From positions 48,422,001 to 48,486,000 of the forward strand of contig NC_043002.1 in NCBI RefSeq assembly GCF_006345805.1: a stretch of 64,000 nucleotides of DNA. Direction: 5' to 3'. The notes below the pieces were generated by a model. The model was given only the letters and a program-made list of their open reading frames with translations. It ran no database searches and was not told the origin of the DNA. Origin of the DNA: Octopus sinensis. Taxonomy: Eukaryota. Positions 1-12,145 of this stretch are shown piece after piece. The translations under genes and the position numbers were made by a program. Every line of letters begins with the position of its first letter. Position 1 is the stretch's first letter.

Positions 1-1062
1 TGTATGCTTTAATTCAGTTTGATATCAAATGGGATCTTCTTTTCAGAGGAAATTACTTTATACATCGTTTCCATTGTCGTAAACTAAGTCTTGATATGAG
101 AATGTATACTTTGCCATCAGGTTAAGAAAACATGCTGTGTCGTTCAATTAATAGCTGTGCAACTTGATCTGCATTTTGTTTTATAATTATTAAATGTGAC
201 CGAGATAGGTAGCTATTCAATCAATGTATAATAACAATACCAATTACGTCAAACTTAATACTAAATATTTCGTTATTATTACAGCTGAAAATAACTTTGA
301 TATCTTATATAGCCCCAAACATGCAAGCAGTCAAACAGATTCATAGATATGTAGATGCTTACATACATTTTATATATATGACGTATAAAAAGGAAATTAG
401 ATAACATGATAGCCATGCTTTTAAGAAAAGCATCAACGAATAGAGTTGAAAAAGGAAATGAAACCCTGGATACGACTAACTAGAAGCTAAAATCAAAATT
501 TATTGTTATTTTGGTAATAGGATGGCAGAAAGAGTAAGGTGCTTTTTCTGAATTTGGTTCTGTCACTCTTCCTTCTGCTTAAACCCACCGCATTCAATAT
601 TTCATGTTTTTTAAAGAGATTTATAACAGGAACATCAAGCATGTATTGTGGGTAATTTAATTCACTGTGCGTCTCCCCTAAAATGTGCCTGTTTTGAATC
701 AGCTTAAGTAATCCCTATCAAGGCTGATAAACGATCGAATTGCCAGGAATCACAGAACATTGGAGTAAATTCTACTTTTTATTTTGGGGACGCCATGACT
801 TTCATTCTGGGATCGATGATGTACTGACGTCAATTTAAATCACTATTTCTTCAATCGATTGTATCATCCTTAAAATAATTTTTTTCTTTTTAAAATCAAT
901 ATACGCGATACATCGTTTCTTCTCAATTATGAAATATTGTTCAAGTGTTAAAACTCAAGAAATTAAAGAGTTTTGTCAAGATTCTATTGACATAAATTCG
1001 TTTGAGCTCTATATTTATATTTAGTAAATCGATTTCCTTTTCCTCTATGCCGATAAAAATAA

Positions 1063-1284
1063 TAATGGTTTCAAAATTTTGGCACAAAATCAGCAGTTAT
1101 GTAGAGGGAATTAAAGGGTCGATTTCATCTAACCCAGTACTCGACTGATATTTCTTTCATTGACTCCGAAAGGATGAAAGGCAAAGTCAACTTCGGCGGA
1201 ATTTGAACTCTAAACCTAAAAACCGATGAAATGACGTTAAGCGTTTTCTCCGGCGTATTCACGATTCTGTTAACTCACTGCCTT
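1063..1284 (-). mobile_element. tRNA-derived SINE, family A (GGCGGCGAGCTGGCAGAA-type), diverged
   Basis: Reverse complement matches the cleaner copies at 12589 and 13966: B-box GAGTTCAAATTCC and central GCCTTTCATCCTTTCGG. Confidence 0.75.
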
Positions 1285-1629
1285 AATATGCTGGATCACA
1301 GATATAGCATGTCCAACTGACAACAAGGTATGCGATGATGAAGTAAGAAAAGTCGATAGATATGACAGGTTAGCTTGGGCGGTTAAACAGTTGGGGGTCG
1401 ATGAAAAAGGTGGTAATAGTACCAATAATTGTCGGAGCCCTGGGAACATAGAATAAAAATCTTGAGAAGTACATGGAATAAACAGGGGCTGCAATAAGGG
1501 GGGAGCACTTGAAGAAAACAGCACTGCTTGGAATATCTCGAAAAATAAGGGATGTTACCTTAGTTCACTGGTAGTGAACAGCTGGCAGCGTAGTACATCT
1601 CCAGCGTTGGAAGCTGTGCAGTGACAATA

Positions 1630-1661
<32 letters not shown>

Positions 1662-1675
1662 AATAATAATAATAG
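1285..1675 (+). mobile_element. 3' fragment of R4/Dong-type LINE (REL endonuclease C-terminus, 3' UTR, (AAT/GAT)n tail)
   Basis: Translates with stops and frameshifts to WITDIACPTDNKV..RKVDRYDRLAW..VPIIVGALGT..KTALLG, similar to IDVSIPADDNV..EKLSKYKDL..PIIVGALG..KIALLG in the 44843-45949 ORF. Ends in a trinucleotide tail. Confidence 0.8.
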
Positions 1676-2109
1676 TTATCTATTCTATAACGGAAAAAGC
1701 TACTTATTAATTAGGTATGTAACAATTACTAAAAGTACTAAAAGAAAGCAATATAAAAAGCTGGAAATATTTTTATCACTTCATGTTCTAAAAAATTTCT
1801 TATGATTTCGATTTCTGAAGTTTATTGAATTTTTTTAACTCCAAATTCTCGCAAATTTAAATATTCATTGCATTCATAGATATTAATGTTTAATAATAAA
1901 CAATATTAATTCGTTGCAGGCAACATTTTAAGCTTTTATTTGCAACAGTTTCTCATTCTCGCTCACCTTCATTTTCATTAATGATAAGTTAATAATAGCT
2001 ATACAACTTTGATACGAGGCACAATTTCAAGAGCATTATAAGTTTCCGGAGTTTGTTAAATGAATATTTTTGATAAAATGAAAATTCTTTAATATACAGA
2101 TATAATTTT

Positions 2110-2528
2110 TTTCTAATGACATTTGCCTTGAAAGTGGTACTCTTTCAGATCTATGTGATTTTGTATATGCTGACTTAAAAAATAGCTTCGCAAACCCTGT
2201 GCGGCTTGCAAATAGAACCATTGTTACTCTAACAAATGGAGCAGCACAATTGGTGAATGGTTTTCTGTTGACAAGGATCCCTGGTGAACTAAAAATATAC
2301 AGAAGTTCAGATACAGTTGATAATGAAACTCTGTACCCAATTGAGTTCCTCAACAAACTTACACCATGAGATTTTCCACCATACATTCTCAAACTGAAGA
2401 AAGAATGCTGCATAACGCTTCTGAGAAATGTAGATGCTACTAATGGACATTGCAATGGCACACGCTACATCATTGTCAATTTACATGATCATATTACTGA
2501 GGCTGAGGTTGCTTCTGGCCCTTATGCA
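2110..2528 (+). mobile_element. Helitron Rep/Hel Pif1-like helicase fragment (pseudogene)
   Basis: Manual translation: LANRTIVTLTN...LYPIEFLNKLTP*DFPPYILKLKKECCITLLRNVDATNGHCNGTRYII, matching the Helitron Pif1 motif YPxEFLN...PPHxLxLK...MLLRNL...GLCNGTR. One in-frame stop. Confidence 0.85.
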
Positions 2529-2543
2529 TCTCTCTCTCTCTCC

Positions 2544-2599
<56 letters not shown>

Positions 2600-2676
2600 A
2601 TATCTATCTATCTATCTATCTATATCTATCTATCTATCTATCCATTTATCTATCTATCTATCTATCTATATATCTA
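2529..2676. repeat. (TC)n + (TATC)n microsatellite
   Basis: Direct read. Confidence 0.95.
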
Positions 2677-3568
2677 TGCACACCCATGGAGGTTCTACCA
2701 ATTATGAATGATAAATATATATAACAGATTGACTCAGCTATATATCTACATATAAATTTCTGTGTTGTATGTTAATAAGTTTGTCATACCATCCATAACA
2801 GCCATATTCTAATTTTGACTCCCTGGAAATTTTTAATAAATTCCTCTGTTATCGATAAAAAGGCACTTTCGAAGCGTCTGTTATTGTTTACTATCACAAA
2901 TTTAAATATTTATTGCCAAGCTTTACGTTCACTGCAGAGTAGGTTTTTAACATTTAATAAACAATATTAATATGTCTTGGCAATTTTTTTTTTTTGTTTT
3001 CATTTGCAACACAGTCTCTCACTTTCTTTGTCTCCCGCCTTTAATTGTTTTCATTAATAATAATCTACTTAAAACATATTCATTGCAATTTTTTTCATTT
3101 CAAGTTTTATTTCGTTATTTCAGATGAGGAAATCAGGTTTCTTGTTGACTTAAATTCGCTGTGTAAACTCCCTCAGTTTATTGTTTATACATACTGAAAA
3201 TAAATTATATTGGACAACTTATTAAATCTTACTGAAGCTTCGAACTCATGTGACTTATTTCCTTTCCGTCGTTATCTAAGAACTAGCAAATAAATTAGTT
3301 GCTATGGCTATTTGATACGCTATAGGTATTAGAATATCTCTATGTGATCACTGTTATTTTTTGGCATATTAAACGTAGTTGGACTACCTTGTTGCTGATT
3401 TCAAAAAAGTGAGATTATGACTGTGATAATATAATGAGAGCAATATTTACTAAGCAAGTGAGCACTATAATATAAGAAAATAATTAGAATTAAAATATAA
3501 TTAAAATTATTAGATTTGGGAATCAAGTGTTGAAATCTTATCGAGTAGCCAACAGAAAAACCGCACTA

Positions 3569-3621
<53 letters not shown>

Positions 3622-3760
3622 ATTAAAAATGGTTTCAAATCTTAGCACAATGCCAGCAATTTTGGGGGCATGGATTAGTCGATTACATGGACATCAGTGC
3701 TCAACTGGTATTTATTGCATCAACCCCGAAAGGACGAAAGACGAAAGGTAAAGATGACAT
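3569..3760 (-). mobile_element. Partial family A SINE with (AAT)n tract
   Basis: (AAT)n at 3569-3623, then AGTCGATTACAT...CAACCCCGAAAGGACGAAAG, the reverse complement of the SINE core. Confidence 0.6.
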
Positions 3761-4458
3761 TTAATGACATTTAGAAAGATTAATTATTTCTAAATTAATT
3801 TATACACAAACCTACAAATTTGAGTATATAGCTTATCTATTTTTGACTACTCGGTATAACTGGCACTATTTCAACGTCCTTTTATATATTAAATAGTGGC
3901 AGCAGAAGGGCATTTGAATTGAGAATGCAAAAACATGAAAAGTTTGTATCATTCTGTCATTCCACAGTTCTAATAAAGATTCTAACATTTGTTGTAGGTA
4001 ACAAGCTTAGAGGAAAGTGAATAGCTAATAACATCCACTTGGTGGGTATTTACTTTAACCACTTTGAAAGCAGAAATCGACTACGGCGATATTTGAACGA
4101 AAGTAACTTAATTCTGCAAGGCATATTCAGTTTCCAACTGATTTTTCTATCAACTACACGGAGAGAAGCTTTCAGTTCTGCATGAATTTATAAGAATTGG
4201 TCACTCCCATTGACTGTGATATCCTTTATTTTGAAAGTCTTTCAGTCATGAAAAATTAGGATTCTTAACCTTCGTCTTCTTATGATGTCATAATGTCCAA
4301 TAAAAATGTTTTATTTAATATTGATTTTCAAATTAATTCTTCATTTGGCACAAGGGTTCACAGAAATGCAAACAATAAACGTTAAAGAACTTGGGGTTAC
4401 AAATAATTGTGTGCTTGGATAAACAAAGTTATATAAAGACAGAGGAGAGGTATAAGGA

Positions 4459-4815
4459 TGTTATTCACTTGACGGAATAAAATTTGATAATAAAGAAAAA
4501 TGTATTAAAACACAATAATTAAAACAATATATAACGATAACATTATTACAGAAAAACATTTAGGGTCGCCCCACACATACCCTCACTCAAACACCAGACA
4601 TGATATATATATCTCCGGGATTTCCATTGGGTTAGTTGAGGAAGGGAGTAAATCTTACCGACAGAAATACTTCATCTGTTCGTTAACTTTTTCCGCTGTT
4701 TTCACCTATATAACCCTTGGCGTACTAGATGGACGTTGTACTGATCCAATATTTTCTCTATCCAAAATTGGTTGGTTTAGTCTCCTACTGTTCACATTTA
4801 CGAGAAACAATAACA
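4459..4815 (-). mobile_element. Candidate solo LTR
   Basis: Inverted termini TGTTATT...AATAACA, imperfect 4-bp flanks AGGA/AGAA, TATATA at about 4707. No internal coding sequence. Confidence 0.3.
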
Positions 4816-5254
4816 AGAAACTTGTGTAGTTCCTTCTTATGGTTTCTCATAACTTTAAAACTCATCGAGTCTCAGCTTTGGCTTTTCTTCAGCTTCCTTA
4901 ATGTTTAAGAAAGACGTAAGATTTATTATCTTGTCTTATATAAGTTATAATTACATGTTTCGTTATAAAGCATTTTACAATTTTGCGAAACATAATTTTG
5001 ACAAAGCGATTCTAAAGGTAATTTTTGCATGCTCGAAAAACGCTATTAATAATGTTACCCTTTCTCTGACGATCAAGCAAATCTATAACTGAAAACATTT
5101 CAGTCGGCGTATGCACGATTCAATTATCAAAATTGCTTTTTTTCTTATTTAACATGGTAGGTGACGATTTTAGAGGCATTTGGCTATTATTCCTTGATGG
5201 TAGAGTGATCATTTACGTGGCTCTTGCTGGTTTGTTAAGATATAATGTGCAGTA

Positions 5255-5329
5255 GCAACGGTCGGGAATTAAGTGGAATCCGCCCAGCTTGCGTTGCTGG
5301 AGAGCACTCTATCGATAAACCAACTCGTG
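5255..5329 (-). pseudogene. Decayed tRNA-Gly(GCC)-like pseudogene
   Basis: Reverse complement TGGTTTATCGATAGAGTGCTCTCCAGCAACGCAAGCTGGGCGGATTC..ATTCCCGACCGTTGC is colinear with metazoan tRNA-Gly TGGTTCAGTGGTAGAATGCTCGCCTGCCACGCGGGCGGCCCGGGTTCGATTCCCGGCCGATGC. Stems are broken and the T arm carries an insertion. Confidence 0.6.
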
Positions 5330-5434
5330 AAGGCCGAAAAATAAAAACTTATGTGTACATACACAGGATAGTGAAACGAGATAAAAATATTGTAGCAAAA
5401 ATTAATAAAAAGCAGATGAAACCAATTGTGATAA

Positions 5435-5860
5435 TAATAACTATTTTTGGAATCGACACAAGGCCAGAAATTTAGAGGATGGTTCCTAAATTAAATCTTG
5501 GATCCTGATAAATTTTATCAAACCCGGCTGGTTTTTATAAAAAGAGACGCTGACTTCGCCAAGATTGAGCTTGGAATAAAGAAAACTGCAACAAATAACG
5601 CAATGCATTTTGTGCAACGCTTTTACACTTTTGCTAATCCTACGATCCTACGGTTTCACATGGCACAAAATCAGAAATTTAGGGGTAGAGGGCGGGAGAT
5701 TAAATCGACTCTAATACCTGAAAGGTATTTCGTTACATCGACTCCAGAATCGTGTAAGGCAAAGCTGACCTCGGTGGAATTTGCATTCACGAACATGGCT
5801 GGAACAAATAAATACCGGAAGATATTTTGGCCAACGCTCTAACTACTATGCTAATATTTA
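5435..5860 (-). mobile_element. Two tandem, strongly diverged family A SINEs
   Basis: CACAAGGCCAGAAATTT and GACCTCGGTGGAATTTG blocks, each present in decayed form twice. Confidence 0.5.
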
Positions 5861-6120
5861 GAATAATGAATATGAAACAGAGTAAAGCAACGAAGGTATG
5901 CAGTTTATAGATTAGTGGAACATAAAATTGTGAATCATGAAACTATTCGTGTACATACATACACATATACGTACACATACACGCACGCACATACACACTC
6001 GTACATACATTCATACATACACACAGAAATATAGACATATACATATATATAGATATACACATACATACATTTATATATATATATGTAAAGAGAAATAATA
6101 TAAAAATTCAAGCAAGATAT

Positions 6121-6493
6121 TGTAATACAATTTTGGGATCCCGTTAAACTAACATACATTTATGCAAACATGTACACGGTAGACTTCCTGACTCAATCGG
6201 TTCCAACGGACACAACAACTACGATGATTTGTCGCCAGTTGCTCGTATAAGGAGCCATTGCAGTACATTATAATACAACACGAAACAAAACTGGATAGAA
6301 AGAACTGTTGATAATACTGTCGTCTTATAGATGGAATTCCACAAATAAACAGATTTATCAGTAGCAAGATATAAACAAGAATTAACACAGATACAACAGC
6401 CTAGTAAAAATCTCATAACAGTTGCTGAAGTTGAAGGCGATTATTATTTTATCAGATACAACATTATCGCCGCAATACTTGCTCATTACTACA
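6121..6493 (+). mobile_element. Candidate solo LTR
   Basis: TGTAAT...ACTACA termini, TATAAGG at about 6247, AATAAA at about 6344. Flanks AGATAT/AGACAA are only partly duplicated. Confidence 0.25.
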
Positions 6494-6574
6494 AGACAAC
6501 AGCAATAGTAAATATCTACATACATCTATTTCATTTAGGAGACGAACTGGGGGTCTAAAAACTACCTTTCTATA

Positions 6575-6777
6575 AGTCAAGCGGCTTCGAATTTTGAGGG
6601 AAGGGGCAAGTCGATTACATCGACCCAAAGACTTGTCTGGTATTTATTCTATCGACCCGGAAAGGATAAAAGGTAAGGTTAACATCGACAGAATTTGAGC
6701 TCAGTACATAAAGACGGACGAAATGCAGCTAACCATGTTGCCTGGCGTGCTAACGGTTTTGCTAGTTAGACACCGTA
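6575..6777 (-). mobile_element. Family A SINE
   Basis: AGTCGATTACATCGACCC...ATCGACCCGGAAAGGATAAAAGG...GAATTTGAGCTCAG...GGCGTGCTAACG. Confidence 0.75.
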
Positions 6778-6858
6778 ATCATAAGAAATAATGAAAGAGC
6801 ATTAACATAAAGATACACTGCAATATATATTAGTAGGAGATCGTAGTTATGTAATATA

Positions 6859-7164
6859 ACGACGATAAACGTCGCCCTTTTCAAGCCTAGGCAGGCTCAT
6901 GGGCCCGGTTTCCCGGTTTCTGTGGCGTATGTGTTCCCCCGCCGCCAGCTGGACGGGACGCAAGTCCATCGCAGGGTTACTCAAAAAACAGAAAGAGAGA
7001 GCGAGAGAAAGTTGTGGCGAAAGAGTACAACAGGGGTCGCCACTACCCCCTACCGGAGCCTCGTGGAGCTTTTAGGTGTTTTCGCTCAATAAACACACAA
7101 CGCCCGATCTGGGAATCGAAACCGCGAGTCCGCTGCCCTAACCACTGGGCCATTGCGCCTCCAC
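6859..7164 (-). mobile_element. tRNA-derived SINE (family distinct from A and B) with 14-bp target-site duplication
   Basis: 5' head GGAGGCGCAATGGCCCAGTGGTTAGGG (A box) and GGTTTCGATTCCC (B box). Perfect TSD AGTTATGTAATATA at 6845-6858 and 7165-7178. Confidence 0.85.
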
Positions 7165-7560
7165 AGTTATGTAATATAGCTAAACTAAAATAAATATGAA
7201 TGTGGATATTTTGTGTAAAGTAACAGCTTTATAAAGGCAAACCAATTTAAGTTTTCTGTCACCCATATATATGCTGATATATGAGATACCATGTGAGTAT
7301 GTGTACGTGTGTGCCTATGTTTGTGCGTGTGTGCCCATGTTTGTACGTTTGAGCCTATGTGTACGTGTGTGCCTTTGTGTGTCCGCGTGTGTGTGAACTT
7401 TTAAACGTTCAAACTTTCATGACCACTCAAGCGTTGAACATCCTCGCCGATTAGCTCTTGGCTATGGTGATCATCTTTTAGTTTTGGTTCGATATATTTC
7501 TTCACCTTCTTCGGGTTCTTTTTTTCACTTCTCTCTCGCTTTCTCTTCCATCTATTTGTC

Positions 7561-7685
7561 TTCTTCCTAATTCCAATTCTGTTCTCTCCCCTAATTCCAA
7601 TTCTGTTCCTCTTCTCCCTCCTATTAATTCTTCTCCCCTAATTCCAATTCTGTTCCTCTTCTCCCTCCTATTAATTCATCTCCTC
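7561..7685. repeat. Pyrimidine-rich minisatellite, about 49-bp unit, about 2.5 copies
   Basis: CCTAATTCCAATTCTGTTC occurs three times; CTCTTCTCCCTCCTATTAATTC twice. Confidence 0.85.
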
Positions 7686-8056
7686 TTTTCATTCAACTTA
7701 CATATTTTTCTCTTACTGCGCATTCTTGAAGCATCTCTTATTGTGACGTCATAATAACGAACCATTACCATGCACGTTATTATTACTTTGCTTCATACAC
7801 AATCGCTAGCTTTCTTACAAAGGGATCTAATGCTCTTAGCTTAGACCTTTTTGGCGACAACCGGATCGAATCATCTCAAGTGTAACTTTCCGAAATGGTC
7901 GTGACCTCTGGTACTTGACTGATGAAAGAAAGCCGTCTTTTTTGCCTGTTCTAATTGTTGTTTCTCATGTCTGCCTTTGTGTCGTCTATCTGTCCAAACG
8001 TTTTAGTGCTCTCTATTGAGTTTTTGTTCAATATATATATATATATATATATATAT

Positions 8057-8410
8057 CCTGTCATTCATCGTGTGAATTTTCTGTATCGTCTCCACTCCGT
8101 CTCGTTCTACAGCGCGCATTTGTTTTTTTGTAGACTCATTTACTACATGTTGTTTTATACCTATTACACTATTTCTTTTTCATTTTTATGACCGGGCGTT
8201 AACGTTGAGTTTTCGGATCCTGTGTCATTCATCATGTGATTTTTCCGAGTCCTTCCCCGCAACTGGCTGTTTTCAGCGTGCATTTTTTTTCATATTCATT
8301 TAATATATGTTGTTTTACACTTATTACACTATTTGTCTTTCATTTTTGTAACTGGGTGTTAACGTTGAGTTTTCGGATCCTGTGAGTTTGATTGTGTGAA
8401 TTTTCCGAGT
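8057..8410. repeat. Tandem repeat, about 160-bp unit, about 2.2 copies
   Basis: GTTAACGTTGAGTTTTCGGATCCTGTG and TATTACACTATTT recur at about 160-bp spacing. Confidence 0.85.
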
Positions 8411-8414
8411 TGTC

Positions 8415-8585
8415 TCTTAGCGGCATTTCGTCCAACTTTACATTCTTAGTTCAAATTCCGCCGGGATCAACTTAGCCTTTCATCCTTCCGGGATCTAGAA
8501 AATAAGTTAAGAACTAGTTGAGCGCTGATGTAATCGACGAGTTCCCTCCCCCGAATTTTCTGGCCTTGTGCCAAAATTTGAACAA
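8415..8585 (+). mobile_element. 5'-truncated family A SINE
   Basis: CTTAGCGGCATTTCGTCC...AGTTCAAATTCCGCC...GCCTTTCATCCTTCCGGG...GGCCTTGTGCCAAAATTTGAA. Confidence 0.75.
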
Positions 8586-9745
8586 GCGAGTTTACTCTTA
8601 TAAGAGTTAAACTTAATGAAATGTAATTTAGAATCAAATGTACATGATTCTCATACGGGTTTAGTGAATTTGAATCTCAGTGTGGAGGCAAATAAATTCA
8701 TATCATACGGTTATTTTACGCGCCTGCACATTTTTGTTATTCCCATCCGCAGTGTCTACATAACTCAATGTACATGTATGAGAATAAATACTCGAAACTA
8801 TCTCCTTTATTAGGACATTTTGATCCATTGCAATTCATGTATTAGATCCGGCCGTATAGAAGACTTACCTGGGAACAACTTTTCTTCCAAACATGTTATA
8901 TTGAAAACAGGAATATACTCGAGTTTAGTAGTTTTGAAATTAAAGATTTGTATTTTTCTATTAGTCATTGCCCTCAGTTTGGAATAATAACGTTTCTAAA
9001 TTGATTTTTGTTTGAAAACGACGGCCACCTTTTCTGAATAAAATTATGATAGTAATGCATCACTGCCACGTCTGAAGTTGGCAGTGCAGGATTAAGTTAA
9101 TGAATAATTAATAAAATCGTCGCCGGTTGTTTAAATGTCAATTGCAGATTGATTTCATAATTTATTTCACGTATTGTTATTATAGATGATAATTGTCTTG
9201 TATATTACTCTTAATATAGCTTCCTTAGCTAAATTTTTACATTTTTTTCTGGAATTAGAGATTGGGAGAGTTATTAATGCCTTCCTCCCTAGTCTTGTTT
9301 CATGGTGGGACTATACCTCGTAGTTCCGAAGCGAACTTCTTAAACACACTTTTGGCATGTAGATTCTGGAACCATTAGATTGTCTGGCAAATTACCGTTA
9401 GTCATTTGGTAACTTCCACCAAGCCCTACTTTGCCTTGTATTCTTCTAGTTTCAATTAAGTGAGGGTCTATTAAATAAATACTGGATCCCCGGACTTAAT
9501 ATACACTACAAGGTGATGCATTGGTATGGCCACATTCCAATGAGGGAAAGCAAAAACAGAAGAAAAGAAAAAAAATGAGAGTTAAAAAATGTAATGTTAT
9601 TCCTACATTATATTCACCCACAAAGACACGTTTTGCGTATATGTATATGTACATTCAGGTATGTGTCGGCATATGCATTTCTATGCATATGCTTGTCTGC
9701 GTATGTGAATGCATATATAAATATGCATAATACGTTATAAAGATA

Positions 9746-10400
9746 CTAGCAGACATACCCTGCGTTGTTCGGGATTTAAATAGCATAGTTTGTATATATG
9801 GTACAGTTTAGTTGAAACATGTTATACGGGGAAGTGTAGCATTGACGACAAAGCATTTGTGGAGTAAATGAAGAGCTAATTCGACTAGGTGAGATGTCAT
9901 ATGCCTGTTTGGAAGATTCCAGGCCCTAACCTTATCATGGACGATCCATTTGCGCTCCTTCTTTTCAATTTCTCTGCTACCGCCATATTTCGACAATTGT
10001 AGGATCTCTCCTTTGGTGACATTATGTCAAGAAATATGACGTAATAAACTAAGATGACAATTGTACGTTAATAATGAAATGTCAACAAAAATGTAAATAA
10101 TATTAATATCTTAGGAAATTTTAATAAAAGTTCTTCTCAAAGAGTTACCCCCGTTCGCCACAGTAGTCGTACTTACCCAGGAAAGTGGGTTTCTGACCCC
10201 AGGGGCCCCCATTTCTCATGGGAAAGCTTTTAAGAGTCTAAAACTATCTCTGGAATATAAACTATGTCCCAGTTTGAAGAAAATCAATTGCAAACTTCAG
10301 AAGTTAAGTGGGTTTACATACACACACACACACAAGCGTGCGCGCGCAAATACACACACACACACACACTCACACATATACTGAGTTCTGTATATATAAA
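9746..10400 (-). mobile_element. Non-autonomous Helitron-like element
   Basis: On the minus strand it ends in an imperfect GC hairpin (CCCGAACAACGCAGGG), a short spacer and CTAG|T at 9746. The other end reads TTTATATATACAGAACTCAG followed by (TG)n, like a decayed TCTATATATA Helitron 5' end. Confidence 0.6.
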
Positions 10401-10423
10401 TACAGTACAATAGTGAATTAGTA

Positions 10424-10520
10424 CAAAATGTGTCCGTCTGTGTTTAAATCCGCTACTTTGTTGTGCAGAACAAAATGTGACCGTCTGTGTTTGAATCCCC
10501 TACTTTGTTGTGCAGAACAC
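10424..10520. repeat. About 48-bp tandem duplication
   Basis: CAAAATGTG.CCGTCTGTGTTT.AATCC.CTACTTTGTTGTGCAGAA twice. Confidence 0.9.
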
Positions 10521-11029
10521 ATTTAACCGCTTTATTTTGCTTCGAATGCAAAATGGTTAGAATGACATGATAGTATTTTATTAGTCATGTGTCAGTTAAT
10601 AAATATATGTTGACAGTAATGTGTGCATAACTAATGTTAATGGCTGACAAAAATGGTCGTGCTATGGAACTCTATTCTAAGACCAAAATAAATAGTCTTT
10701 AAAAATTAAGAAAAGACAAATTCTATGACAGGCATCGAGAAATATGAATATATAATACACCAAAGCTAACCCAAAAGAAAAGAAATCATACAGGATTGTC
10801 ATCCGAAACAGATTGGTTGTACACTTGCGAATATAAATTGGTGGGATGTATGACTTAAAAATGTTTACTTTAACAATTGTATAAATATGAGTAATGCTAT
10901 CTTACTTATTTAGATAGAGATACACTCAATTATTATTTTGAATAGAAAATACATTATTGCGTGGGAGTGTCTTATGTATGTGTGTGTGATCGTGTGCTGG
11001 GTGTGGGGGGTGAGTATGCTTTTATGTGT

Positions 11030-11144
11030 ACATACATATGTATACATATGTGTAAAAATATCTTGTATGTATATCATGTATATGTATGACTATATATGTA
11101 CACACATATATACATGTGTGTGTGTATGTATATATGTATATATG

Positions 11145-11229
<85 letters not shown>

Positions 11230-11230
11230 C
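11030..11230. repeat. (TA)n/(TG)n compound microsatellite
   Basis: Direct read. Confidence 0.95.
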
Positions 11231-11484
11231 ATTCCAGTAGAATCGAGGTATTTTAATAACAAAGACACCAAGGTAGAGTCGAGGATAGCATACTTGTGTA
11301 TCAACATTGTGTACGGACATTCATGTACTTACTTATAAATCCACAAGTATAGACCAACTACGCAACGTATGTATAAAATCACAAAGGAGTATACTTCAGT
11401 ATGCAATCTACGGTCCACTGTAGGGTCAATATCCAATGTAGACAAACACAGATACAAAGACACACACATGGATGGATACACATA

Positions 11485-11666
11485 TACGACGGATTATTTT
11501 TTGTTTCTGTCAACCAAATCTACTCACAAGGGTTTGGTAGGCTCAAGGCTAAAATACACTTGTCCAAGACACTTGTCTAAGACACTTGTCCAGACACTTG
11601 TCCAAGGCGCCATGCAGTGGGGCTGAACCCAGTTGGAAAGCAAGCTTCGTACCATACAGCCACGCC
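11485..11666 (-). mobile_element. Family B (CORE-like) SINE 5' half with internal tandem duplication
   Basis: ACCAAATCTACTCACAAGG...ACACTTGTCCAAG (4 copies of a 12-13 bp unit)...CAGTGGGGCTGAACCC...ACAGCCACGCC. Confidence 0.75.
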
Positions 11667-11837
11667 ATATATATATATATATAAAGTAACAAACTGAGGA
11701 AAAGAAATCCTTCGAAGGCGTGTGATAAACATCCAGTTCACTGGTACGTCAGTTGAATACCATATAAATATTGGTATAATGCTGTTACAAAGATCAATTA
11801 AATAGTTAGGTACTATTTAATTTATCTTTATATATAT

Positions 11838-11904
<67 letters not shown>

Positions 11905-12145
11905 ACAAAAAAGTACAGTAGGAACAAAACAGTAAAAACAAACGCCGAGGGTTGTTAAGTCGTAACGAGGTGAAGTGGTGAACGCTGGAGAAAGGAGCTA
12001 TGACAAGAGATAGGCAAAAGTAGGTCTTATCTCTTGTGAAACGAGAGGAAAAACGAACGATATACGTACTTATACACATGTAAGATTATATTCTATTATT
12101 ATTATCATTGCGAACAATGATTAAAGTCGTTCATCATTTTTCAAA

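Noticed and set aside
7915-7940. CTGATGA..GAAA hammerhead-like words
   Set aside because: Only 2 nt between the core halves, so no stem II, and no stem I or III pairing.
8862-8900. ACTTACCTGG (U1 snRNA 5' end, or minus-strand donor CAG|GTAAGT after ATG-FGRKVVP)
   Set aside because: No further U1 similarity; a single 9-mer consensus is expected by chance in 64 kb and no partner exon was found.
11557-11606. Repeated ACACTTGTCCAAG units as a possible CRISPR-like array
   Set aside because: No spacers; local slippage inside a SINE in eukaryotic DNA.
11688-11755. CTGAGGA...CGAAGG...CGTC hammerhead-like arrangement
   Set aside because: GAAA is not intact and stem I does not pair in register.
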